Below, piece by piece: positions 9,710 to 18,188 of a stretch of DNA of 58,115 nt. A program made the translations under genes and the position numbers. Source of the stretch: Actinomycetota bacterium (GTDB lineage Bacteria > Actinomycetota > UBA4738 > HRBIN12); assembly GCA_036257835.1 (NCBI GenBank), contig DATAEU010000058.1, positions 1 through 58,115 on the forward strand, given 5' to 3'. Under the pieces are notes generated by a model. That model did no database searches. It saw only the letters and a program-made list of their open reading frames with translations, and was not told the origin of the DNA. Positions within the stretch are counted from its first letter, which is position 1. Every line of letters starts with the position of its first letter.

Positions 9710-10513
9710 GTGCACCAGCCGTCGTCGCGCCTACCCCGCGTCCGTTCGGAGGTCCGTCGCAAGCGCGGCGGCGTCCGCGTGCTCACGCATCTCGACACGG
9801 CGCTCGCCGCCGCGTACGCGTCGGCGGTCGTCGGGGTCGTCGCCGCGGTGGAGGGACGCCTCCGGCCCGAGGTCGTCGCCGACCGCATCCGGTCCGCCGC
9901 GTACGCGCCGCCGGCGATTGTGCTCGGCGACTGGCGCGCGGCCGCGAGCCGGTTCCACGCCGCGGCCTCGGCGCTCGGCGGACCGGTCCTTCGTACCGAC
10001 GTCGCCAAGTGCTACGGGTCGATCTCGGCGGATGTCGTCGCCGACGCGCTCGACGGGTTGGGCGCTCCGCGCGACGCGATCCGGCGATGCGCGCGGACGC
10101 TGCGCGAGCTGGCCGACGAGGGCGTCGCCGGTCTCCCGATCGGTCCGCCGGCGTCCGCGGTGCTCGCCAACGCGGTGCTGCTGGCCGGCGACGACGTCCT
10201 CGCGCGCTCGGGTGCGCCGTTCCTGCGCTGGGTCGACGACTGGTGCATCCGCGTGGGGTCCGAGGATCACGCGTGCGACGTCCTCGGCCTGCTCGGCGGC
10301 GCGCTGTCCTCGGCCGGCCTCCGCCTGAACGACGCGAAGACCGTTGTGACGGACGGATGGGACGCCGGCGGGCGGCCGGGAAGCTCGGAGTATCATCGCC
10401 CGGCCCATGCGCACGCTCTATCGTTCATCGCTCGTGCGGACGCTGTCGTTCCCCGCGACCGCGGAGTGGGTGCTGGTGGATGGGCGGCACGTGGAGCGGG
10501 CGGGGAGCGGTGA
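9710..10513 (+). CDS. minimal reverse-transcriptase-like protein (RVT_1-type fingers/palm only)
   Basis: Collinear RT motifs: RVLTHLDTALAAAY (1/2), LRTDVAKCYGSI (A), GLPIGPPASAVLANAVL (B), FLRWVDDWCI (C, YxDD box as WVDD), GLRLNDAKTVV (D). Very high GC3 up to about 10385. GTG 9710 has a strong SD; the track ORF starts at 9581. Confidence 0.6.
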   Translation: MHQPSSRLPRVRSEVRRKRGGVRVLTHLDTALAAAYASAVVGVVAAVEGRLRPEVVADRIRSAAYAPPAIVLGDWRAAASRFHAAASALGGPVLRTDVAKCYGSISADVVADALDGLGAPRDAIRRCARTLRELADEGVAGLPIGPPASAVLANAVLLAGDDVLARSGAPFLRWVDDWCIRVGSEDHACDVLGLLGGALSSAGLRLNDAKTVVTDGWDAGGRPGSSEYHRPAHAHALSFIARADAVVPRDRGVGAGGWAARGAGGER

Positions 10514-11918
10514 GCCGCCGCATGCGGACCGCATCGTCGATCTCCCAGGGACCACCCTTACGCCCGGATTCGTCGACGCGCACGTGCACCTTACCGGCAC
10601 CGGTATCCACCATCGGGCGCCCGAGATCCACCAGACCTCGTCGGCGACCGAGCTACTCGCGACGCTCGGGAGGATCGCCGCGGCGCGCCCGGGACCGGTG
10701 CTCGTCCACGGCTGGGACGAGACCAAGTGGTCCTCGCGCCGGCTGCCCGCGATCGAGGACCTCGACCGCGTCGTCGACCGGCCGTTGATGGCGATGCGCG
10801 CCGACGGACACGTCGCGCTGGCGAACCACGCGGCGATCGCGGCGGCCGGGCTCGACGACGTCGAGGGCGTCGAGCGTGACGCCGACGGCTCGCCCACGGG
10901 GCGCGTCTCGCGCCGTGCCAACACCGTCCTGCGGGCCTGGATCGAGCAGCACCTCGACCCCCGCGAGGTCGAACAGCTCCAGCTCGAGGCGGCGAGCCTT
11001 GCCGTCGCACGCGGGATCACGTGCGTACACGAGATGTCGCTGCCCGAGGACCGGGGGACGCGGGATCTCGAGATCCTGCTCGGGCACCGTGGCCGGCTCC
11101 CCGTCGACGTCGTCCCGTATGTCGGGACGACGGACGTCGCGAGCGTGATCGCCCTCGGCGTGTCGACGATCGGCGGCGACGTCTCGATGGACGGCTCGGT
11201 CGGCGCCCGCACGGCGTGGATGCGGGATCCCTACGCCGACGGTTCGGGCACCGGGACCTCGTACTACGCCGACGACGCGGTCGCCGAGTTCTTCCATGCC
11301 GGCCACCTCGCGGGGCTGCAGGTTGCGGTGCACGCGATCGGCGACGCCGCGATCCATCAGGTGGTCGACGCCTGGGAGCGCGTGTACGCCTCCCTCGACT
11401 CGCGCGGCCGGCGGCATTTCCGTGCCCGCCGGCATCGGATCGAGCACTTCGAGCTCGTCGACCCGCGTACGATCGAGCGAGCGGCCGCGCTCGGTCTCGC
11501 CGTGTCGGTCCAGCCGGGGTTCGACGCCGAGTGGGGACACCCGGGCGGGCTCTACGAGCTCGCGCTGGGGGAGGAGAGGGCCGCGCGGATGAATCCGTTC
11601 CGCTCGATCGTCGGACGCGGTATCGAGGTGGGTGCCGGCTCCGACTCGCCGGTGACGCCACTCGATCCGCTGGTCGGCGTTGCCGCGCTCCAGGACCATC
11701 ACGACCCGACCGAGTCGATGAGCCGCGACGAGGCCGTCCGGCTGTTCACGGTCGGATCGGCTCGCCTGGCCCATCACGACGAGAAGAAGGGGACGCTCGC
11801 CCACGGCGCGCATGCCGACCTCGTCGCGTGGGACGCCGACCCATTCCGGAGCGAGGACCTCGGTGGCGTTCGGCCCGTCCTCACCGTTTCGCTCGGCCGC
11901 GAGGTGTTCGCCGCGTGA
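10407..11918 (+). CDS. metal-dependent amidohydrolase (YtcJ-like, amidohydrolase_3)
   Basis: 503 aa. GFVDAHVHL, AVHAIGDAA, HRIEHF, GSDSPV, HADLVAWD. High GC3 from its ATG onward, including the 107 nt shared with the RT ORF. Confidence 0.8.
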   Translation: MRTLYRSSLVRTLSFPATAEWVLVDGRHVERAGSGEPPHADRIVDLPGTTLTPGFVDAHVHLTGTGIHHRAPEIHQTSSATELLATLGRIAAARPGPVLVHGWDETKWSSRRLPAIEDLDRVVDRPLMAMRADGHVALANHAAIAAAGLDDVEGVERDADGSPTGRVSRRANTVLRAWIEQHLDPREVEQLQLEAASLAVARGITCVHEMSLPEDRGTRDLEILLGHRGRLPVDVVPYVGTTDVASVIALGVSTIGGDVSMDGSVGARTAWMRDPYADGSGTGTSYYADDAVAEFFHAGHLAGLQVAVHAIGDAAIHQVVDAWERVYASLDSRGRRHFRARRHRIEHFELVDPRTIERAAALGLAVSVQPGFDAEWGHPGGLYELALGEERAARMNPFRSIVGRGIEVGAGSDSPVTPLDPLVGVAALQDHHDPTESMSRDEAVRLFTVGSARLAHHDEKKGTLAHGAHADLVAWDADPFRSEDLGGVRPVLTVSLGREVFAA

Positions 11919-11943
11919 TGCCCGCCGCGGGACGCGGGGCCGT

Positions 11944-11973
11944 TTGACAGGCCCGCGTCGCCGGCCCTAGAGT
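11944..11973 (+). promoter_or_regulatory. sigma-70-like promoter (TTGACA-18 nt-TAGAGT)
   Basis: TTGACA at 11944-11949 and TAGAGT at 11968-11973, just downstream of the amidohydrolase stop. Confidence 0.4.
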
Positions 11974-11979
11974 CGGCCC

Positions 11980-12170
11980 GCCGCGACCGCTTCGGCGGAC
12001 GCGCGCTGAGGACCCAAGAGGCTGAGTAGAGAACGCGGCGCCCCGGCGTCGCGGCACCAAAGGTCTCTTGGGTCCTCGTCTCTTGCCGCCGGCTCTTCCG
12101 GCGGCCCCTCTTAGCGGCTCCTCTTGGCTGCTCCTGTGGCCGGCCTTCGGCACGTCTCTTCTGCCCCCGA
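11980..12170 (+). ncRNA. candidate structured RNA or long leader carrying six CUCUU motifs
   Basis: 13-bp perfect long-range helix (12008-12020 with 12065-12077). Hairpins at 12034-12053, 12085-12105 (8 bp, loop CUCUU) and 12113-12132 (loop UCCUCUUG). CTCTT at 12065, 12080, 12093, 12108, 12121 and 12156. Ends are not defined. Confidence 0.35.
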
Positions 12171-12214
12171 TGGGAACAACGACGGGTGACCGCGCGTTCC
12201 AGATGCGGAATCGC

Positions 12215-12242
12215 TTGCTGGGTCGTTCCTCGGCAGTACAAT
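12215..12242 (+). promoter_or_regulatory. proximal promoter candidate for the DUF4193 gene (TTGCTG-16 nt-TACAAT)
   Basis: TTGCTG at 12215-12220 and TACAAT at 12237-12242. SD AAGAGGG at 12255-12261, 8 nt before ATG 12270. Confidence 0.35.
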
Positions 12243-12269
12243 CCCCCGGCCGAAAAGAGGGAACCATCG

Positions 12270-12608
12270 ATGGAAGACAGAGAAGAGATCCTCGAAGACG
12301 ACGAGATCGAGGACGAGGACGAGGCTCCGGACCTCGAGGCGGACGACTCCGTCCCGCCCCCGGCGGCCGACGGAGAGGAGGTCGAGTCGATCCAGGACCT
12401 GCTCGTCAAGCAGGAGGCGCGCGAGGAGGAAGAGGAGGCGGAGGACGACTCCGTGCTCGCCCTGTCCCGCGAGGAGCGCCTGGAGCCGCTGGCGGTGAAG
12501 GTGGTGCCGCCCCAGCCCACCGAGTTCATATGCAAGTCCTGCTTCCTGGTGAAGCATCGCAGCCAGCTGAAGGACAAGACGCGCCAGCTCTGTCGCGACT
12601 GCGCCTGA
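12270..12608 (+). CDS. DUF4193-family protein (acidic N-terminus plus C-terminal zinc ribbon)
   Basis: MEDREEILEDDEIEDEDE…, then FICKSCFLVKHRSQL…LCRDCA, as in actinobacterial DUF4193 (Rv2699c-like, from memory). The ATG with a good SD is preferred over the track start at 12186. Confidence 0.75.
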   Translation: MEDREEILEDDEIEDEDEAPDLEADDSVPPPAADGEEVESIQDLLVKQEAREEEEEAEDDSVLALSREERLEPLAVKVVPPQPTEFICKSCFLVKHRSQLKDKTRQLCRDCA

Positions 12609-14848
12609 GCGCCCCGCCCAGGCAACCCGCGGCTGCGCTCGCCGTCGCCGCGGCTTCCGGACTCGCCCTCTCGCTCACGTTGCCGCCCGCCGGGCTCGGC
12701 TGGGTGGCCTTCCTGGCGCTAATCCCGTTCCTGTGGACGCTCCGGGCCGCGCGTGCCCCCCAGCGGGCGGCGCTCGGTGCCGTGTTCGGGTTCGCGTACT
12801 TCGGGGCGGTCCTGTACTGGCTGCTGCTGTTCGGCCTGATGGGGTGGATGGCGCTCTCGCTCGTCTCCGCGGCATACCTCGCCGCCTTCGCGGTGCTCGC
12901 GCCCGCCGTCACGCGGCCCGGCCGCCCCGTCGTGTCGGCGCTCGGGCTCGCGGCGCTCTGGACGGCGCTCGAATGGGTCCGTGGGGCGTGGCCGCTCGGG
13001 GGGTTCGGCTGGGGGCAGCTCGGGTCCACCCAGACGAACGAGGGGTTCCTGCTGCGTCTGGCGCCGATCACCGGTGTCTGGGGGATGTCGTTCGTCGTCG
13101 TTGCCGCGGCCGCGCTGCTGCTCGGCGCGCTCGACCGCTTCCCGGATTCGAAGCGGGCGGCGGGGTCCCTCGCCGTGGCGGCCGTGGCCATCGTGGCGTT
13201 GCCGGCCCTGATCCCCGTCGTTCATGCCGACGGGCGCCCGGTCCGCATCGCCGAGCTCCAGGTCGACGTCCGACGCGCAGGCTCGGCGAACGCGGCGGCC
13301 GAGGACCGGTCGGTCGCGCTCATGAACGCGGGCGAGCACCGGCGGCTGGCCGGCGACCCGCCCGATCTCGCCGTCTGGGGCGAGGGGGCGCTCGACCCGC
13401 AAGCGTTCTCCGACCGGGCAACCATGACGGCGGTTCGCTCCGCGATCGGGACGGTCGGGGTGCCGACCCTGGCCGGCGCCGTCACGGTGTCACCCGCCGG
13501 CGTGCAACGCACGGAGACGGTGCTGTTCGACGGGTCGGGCCGGATCGTCGACCGCTACGCCAAGGTGCATCTCGTGCCGTTCGGCGAGTACGTGCCGTGG
13601 CGTGACGAGCTGTCGTGGATCTCGGCCCTGCGGCAGATCCCGGTCGACCGGGTCCCGGGGCACACGATCCGCGCCGTGTCCGTGAACGGACTGCCGCCGT
13701 TCGGGACGCCGATCTGTTACGAGAACAGTTTCCCGGCGATCGAACGGTCCTTCGTCCGCGCGGGGGCGCGGTTCCTGGTCCTGACGATCAACAACGCGTC
13801 GTACGAGGAGACGGCGGCGTCCCGGCAGCACCTGGTGATGAGCCAGCTGCGTGCGGCCGAGACCGGCCGGTGGGTGGTCCACGCGGCGGTCTCCGGCGTG
13901 AGCGCGTTCGTCGACCCGAGCGGCCGCGTCGTCGCGGAGACGCAGCTGTTCCGCGACGAGATCCTGCGCCGGACGATCCGCGCATCCGATGCGATCACGC
14001 CGTACGTCCGGCTGGGGGATTGGGTGCCGGCGCTCTCGTTCGTCGTGGTGCTCGGCCTCGCCCTGGTGCCGCGGGTCAGGCGTCGCCGCCTGCCGCCGCC
14101 GCCGGAGCTCCCGGGCTCACCGCGAACGCTCGTCATCCTGCCCACCTACGACGAGCGACCGACCATTTTACTGGTGCTCGAGCGGTTGCTCGCGCTTCCG
14201 CAGCTGGTGCACATGCTCGTCGTCGACGACGGTTCGCCGGACGGGACGGCCGGGGCCGTGCGGGCCGTCGCCGAGCACGAACCGCGGGTCGAGCTCGTCG
14301 AGCGTCCCGGCAAGGCCGGGCTCGGCTCGGCCTACTGGCTCGGTTTCCGGCGCGGGCTCGAGGAGGGCTACGACCTCGTCGTGGAGATGGACTCCGACCT
14401 CTCCCACGACCCGGACGAGCTCCCCCGGCTCCTCGCGGCCGCGGCGAGCAACGACCTCGCGATCGGGAGCCGGTACGTTTCCGGCGGGTCCGTTTCCAAC
14501 TGGAGCCGGTCCCGGCTCGCCCTGTCCAAAGCCGGGAACCGGTACTCGCGGCTGCTGCTGGGGTTCGAGCTCCACGACGCGACCAGCGGCTTCCGCGTGT
14601 ACCGGCGGCGGCTCCTCGAGCACCTGGTCGCCGATCCGATCCGCTCGGACGGGTACGGGTTCCAGATCGAGCTGGCGTTCCGGGCCTGGCGAGACGGATT
14701 CGCCGTCGGCGAGGCGCCGATCACGTTTCGCGAACGCGAGCACGGAACGTCGAAGATCTCGCGGCGCATCGTCGTCGAGGCGCTGTGGCTCGTCACGATC
14801 TGGGGCATCCGTGAACGGTTCGGTCCGGCCCGTCGCGCCTCCCCATAG
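12530..14848 (+). CDS. ppm1: fused apolipoprotein N-acyltransferase (Lnt) / polyprenol-phosphate mannose synthase (Ppm1-like)
   Basis: N-terminal multi-TM region plus a CN-hydrolase domain (VWGEGAL, ICYENSFP). C-terminal GT2 domain (LVILPTYDE, VVDDGSPDGT, EMDSDLSHDP). Start is uncertain: ATG 12530 overlaps DUF4193 by 79 nt, while CTG 12605 would form a CTGA overlap with its stop. Confidence 0.8.
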   Translation: MQVLLPGEASQPAEGQDAPALSRLRLSAPPRQPAAALAVAAASGLALSLTLPPAGLGWVAFLALIPFLWTLRAARAPQRAALGAVFGFAYFGAVLYWLLLFGLMGWMALSLVSAAYLAAFAVLAPAVTRPGRPVVSALGLAALWTALEWVRGAWPLGGFGWGQLGSTQTNEGFLLRLAPITGVWGMSFVVVAAAALLLGALDRFPDSKRAAGSLAVAAVAIVALPALIPVVHADGRPVRIAELQVDVRRAGSANAAAEDRSVALMNAGEHRRLAGDPPDLAVWGEGALDPQAFSDRATMTAVRSAIGTVGVPTLAGAVTVSPAGVQRTETVLFDGSGRIVDRYAKVHLVPFGEYVPWRDELSWISALRQIPVDRVPGHTIRAVSVNGLPPFGTPICYENSFPAIERSFVRAGARFLVLTINNASYEETAASRQHLVMSQLRAAETGRWVVHAAVSGVSAFVDPSGRVVAETQLFRDEILRRTIRASDAITPYVRLGDWVPALSFVVVLGLALVPRVRRRRLPPPPELPGSPRTLVILPTYDERPTILLVLERLLALPQLVHMLVVDDGSPDGTAGAVRAVAEHEPRVELVERPGKAGLGSAYWLGFRRGLEEGYDLVVEMDSDLSHDPDELPRLLAAAASNDLAIGSRYVSGGSVSNWSRSRLALSKAGNRYSRLLLGFELHDATSGFRVYRRRLLEHLVADPIRSDGYGFQIELAFRAWRDGFAVGEAPITFREREHGTSKISRRIVVEALWLVTIWGIRERFGPARRASP

Positions 14849-15305
14849 GCGCGCCGTTCCCGGTGGCGTCGCGCCCCGACAGCGCCGGGCGCCGTTGCGA
14901 AACGCAACGCCCATAATGGACGTTATGTAAAGTTCGTCGAAACACGGCCCGTCTGTCCGGCGTCCCCTTGGGGCGTCTCCCCTCGGCGGTCGTCTCCGCC
15001 GCGGCGCTCTTCCTCGATGCCGGGGTCCCAAAGCCGGTGGTGCTCGAGATCGCGACCGAGCCGTTCGACAACGCCAACGCCGTGCCTGTCGAGGAGGCCC
15101 GACGGTGAGCGCCCAGGCGTCTGCCGAGCGATGGGTCCCCAGTCCCTCGCCAGGCAGATGGCTGCGGCGTAGTGCGAAAGACCTGTCGCAGGTCGAACCC
15201 TTCGACCGATGGCGTAGCCGGGGCTGGTGCCTACGATTTGTGCTGTAGGGCGTTCATCACGCCCGGGTTCCCTATTCGGTATCGGTAGGTCGGAGGAGGC
15301 ACCAG

Positions 15306-18188
15306 ATGCGGCGTACGAGACACAACGGACGGTATCGCTCGTCCCGCTTCGAGGTCATCGCGATCACGCTCGGCCTGGCGCTCGTCGTCACCCAGGCGAT
15401 CGGGGTCGTGACGGCGGCAGCGGTCAGCGCGCTGAACGTCGACCTCGACCAGTACGCCAACACCGACGCCGCGTGGCAGAACGGCGACCTGAACGGCACC
15501 AACTCGGCGTACAACGAGGGAGACGTCGTCCCCTTCCGTCTCGCGATCGAGGGGCTCACTGCCGGTTCCCACGCGATCCACATCGACTACGACTTCACCG
15601 CCGGCGGCGTAGAGGCCTACGACTTCCTCGCGACGTGGAACGTGAGCGAGCACCCCGATCTGTGCGACGCCGGTGGCGGTGCAGTCTCGTCGTTGTGTGG
15701 CGGCGGGCTCGGCTCCTCCGACACGATGGCCTTCCCGAACGATCCCTTCGAGCCCGGAACGGCCGCGGGAAGCAAGACGAAGTCGGGACTCACGGTCGCC
15801 GGGGCCGAGGCGTTCTCGGGCGTCTCCCGCAACCTGACGATGTACGGCGGAACGATCACCGGCATCACCGGCCCGACGCACGCGGGCGCCGTCGGCAACA
15901 ACAGCACCGGCGACTTCATCGTCACCTTCGACAAGGTCGGGACCGACGGCGCCGTGCTGTTCGCATGGGGCGGCCACCTTGCCGAGTCCGCGTATTGGAA
16001 GACCAAGCAGGACGGGAACAACGGCGCGTCCCAGATCTCCGGCGCCCCGTGGCACATGCGGACCCAGCAGCTGGACGGCAGCGGCAACAAGAACCAGGAC
16101 CGGAGCATCCAGCCCAGCGCGATCGTCCCGCTCCCCGGGCTCGAGATCAGCAAGAGCGCGTCCTCGTCGAACGTCTCCCCCGGTGACACGTTCACGTACA
16201 CCATCAGGGTGTCGAACTCGGGCAGCGCCACGGCATCGCCGGTGGTGATCACTGACGACCTGGAGAACTCCCTGACCAACGTCAGCGCGACGTACGACAT
16301 CGATCCGGGATCGGGCAGCGACGGGTCGTGCACGGTGGGGGCCGGCAACACGATCTCGTGCCCGGCCGGCGACACCATCTCGCTTGCGAAGAGCGACGGC
16401 GACACCGCCTCGCCGGAGCCGGACGTCGTCGAGGTGACGGTCTCGGCGACCGCCCCGAGCGATTCGTGTCCCACGCTGCTGAATACGGCGAGCGCGCAGC
16501 TCGGCACCGACACCCCGATCAGCAGCAATCAGGTCACGGTGACGGTCAGCGGGTGCGCGCCCGACATCAGGATCACGAAGAAGGCCGTCGACGCGAACGG
16601 CGATCCCGTCTCGGCCGTGGCCCCCGGAGGCTCGTTCACCTACGTCATCGACGTGACGAACCCGGGGAACACCGACGCGACCGGGGTGATCGTGACCGAC
16701 GACCTCGACGACACGCTGACGATCGACTCGGCCAGCTATCGGATCGACGGTGGTTCGGCGACGGCCTGTGACATCACCGTCTCGAGGGTGACATGCCCGT
16801 CGTCGGGCTCCGAGACGCTCGCCCCGGGCAGCACGCTCGAGGTCACGATCGACGTCACGACGGACGCCCAGACGTGCAAGACCCTGCTCAACACGGGCCA
16901 CGTCGGCTTCGACGGGTCGCGGACGGGCCTCGACAGCAACGAGGTCGGCGTGGACGTCACCGGCTGCTCGGTGGATCTCACCGTCACGAAGTCGGCCAGC
17001 TCGACGAACGTCTCGCCCGGCGGCGCCGTGACCTTCACCGTCGTCGCGACGAACAACGGCTCCGTCGCGGCGAACGCCGTGCAGATCACCGACACTCTGG
17101 CGAACGGCCTCACGATCAACGGCGCGACGTGGTCGAACGGCGGGTCGTCCGGCACCTGCACCGTGAACGGGCAGGCCGTGGCGTGTGACGTCGGGAGCCT
17201 CACCGGGGGGAAGAGCGCCACGGTGACGATCACCGTCACGGCGACCACGATCGCGTGCCCGAGCGTTGTGAACACCGCGCACGTCTCGGCCTCGAACGAG
17301 GACGAGGGCGCGAAGCTGAACGACGACTCGGAGCCGGTGACCGTCAACGTCAACTGCGCCACTTCCCCGCCGCCTGCGCCGCCCACGGGCCTCGGGATCC
17401 AGATCGTCAAGGGCGGACCCGCGCTGGCGCACATCGGCGACACGATCGTCTACACCCTCGATGCGTCGCTCACGACGTCGACGCCGCTCACCAACATCAC
17501 GGTGACCGACCCGACCTGCGATGCCGCGCCGACGCTCGGCTCGAAGACCGGCGGCGACCAGGACGCCTGGCTCGAGCCCGGCGAGACCTGGCACTACCAC
17601 TGCACGCACGTGGTGACCAAGGCGGACGCCGATCCGCTGCCGAACACCGCGACGGTGAGCGGCACGGACAGCCAGGGCCGCGACACGTCGGACACCGACA
17701 GCCACCTGGTCGACCTCATCCACCCGGCCATCGAGATCGTGAAGAAGGCCAACCCACTCTCGATCGGCCCCGGTGAGAGCGTCACGTACACCTACAAGGT
17801 GACGAACGTCGGCGACGTGACGCTGTACAACGTGTCGGTCGACGACGACAAGCTCGGCCACATCTGCGACCTCGCGCGGCTCGACGTGGGCGACACCCAG
17901 ATCTGCACCAAGGACTTCAGGGCCGGCGAGAGCAACCTGGGTCCGCTCAAGAACATCGCGGTCGCGGAGGGCGAGGACGAGACCGGATTCGGGGTCCGCG
18001 ACTCGGCCGCCGCGCAGGTCGACGTGGTCCTCGGAACCGTCGTCACGCCGACGAGCGCGCCGCCGGGCGGAACAGCCTTCACCGGCAGCTCCCCGCTGCC
18101 GATGGCCGCGGCCGCGATCGCGTTCCTGCTCATCGGTACCGGCCTGATCTACCTGGGTCGCCGTCGCGAGGACGGATCCCGGGCGTAG
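15306..18188 (+). CDS. large cell-surface protein with five DUF11-type repeats and a sortase-like C-terminal sorting signal
   Basis: SD GGAGGAGG before the ATG. Signal/TM sequence (VIAITLGLALVVTQAIG) and a roughly 270-aa unique N-domain. Five repeats of the type I(S/T/V)K…VSPG..(F/V)TY.I.V.N.G….V.(I/V)TD.L. C-terminus is GGTAFTGSSPLPMAAAAIAFLLIGTGLIYLGRRRED. Confidence 0.8.
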   Translation: MRRTRHNGRYRSSRFEVIAITLGLALVVTQAIGVVTAAAVSALNVDLDQYANTDAAWQNGDLNGTNSAYNEGDVVPFRLAIEGLTAGSHAIHIDYDFTAGGVEAYDFLATWNVSEHPDLCDAGGGAVSSLCGGGLGSSDTMAFPNDPFEPGTAAGSKTKSGLTVAGAEAFSGVSRNLTMYGGTITGITGPTHAGAVGNNSTGDFIVTFDKVGTDGAVLFAWGGHLAESAYWKTKQDGNNGASQISGAPWHMRTQQLDGSGNKNQDRSIQPSAIVPLPGLEISKSASSSNVSPGDTFTYTIRVSNSGSATASPVVITDDLENSLTNVSATYDIDPGSGSDGSCTVGAGNTISCPAGDTISLAKSDGDTASPEPDVVEVTVSATAPSDSCPTLLNTASAQLGTDTPISSNQVTVTVSGCAPDIRITKKAVDANGDPVSAVAPGGSFTYVIDVTNPGNTDATGVIVTDDLDDTLTIDSASYRIDGGSATACDITVSRVTCPSSGSETLAPGSTLEVTIDVTTDAQTCKTLLNTGHVGFDGSRTGLDSNEVGVDVTGCSVDLTVTKSASSTNVSPGGAVTFTVVATNNGSVAANAVQITDTLANGLTINGATWSNGGSSGTCTVNGQAVACDVGSLTGGKSATVTITVTATTIACPSVVNTAHVSASNEDEGAKLNDDSEPVTVNVNCATSPPPAPPTGLGIQIVKGGPALAHIGDTIVYTLDASLTTSTPLTNITVTDPTCDAAPTLGSKTGGDQDAWLEPGETWHYHCTHVVTKADADPLPNTATVSGTDSQGRDTSDTDSHLVDLIHPAIEIVKKANPLSIGPGESVTYTYKVTNVGDVTLYNVSVDDDKLGHICDLARLDVGDTQICTKDFRAGESNLGPLKNIAVAEGEDETGFGVRDSAAAQVDVVLGTVVTPTSAPPGGTAFTGSSPLPMAAAAIAFLLIGTGLIYLGRRREDGSRA

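Noticed and set aside
12068-12529. N-terminal extension of the Lnt/Ppm1 ORF back to TTG 12068
   Set aside because: The extension runs across the structured intergenic region and the DUF4193 gene in another frame. It is low-complexity (RRRGGR…) and precedes the first Lnt TM helix by more than 180 residues.
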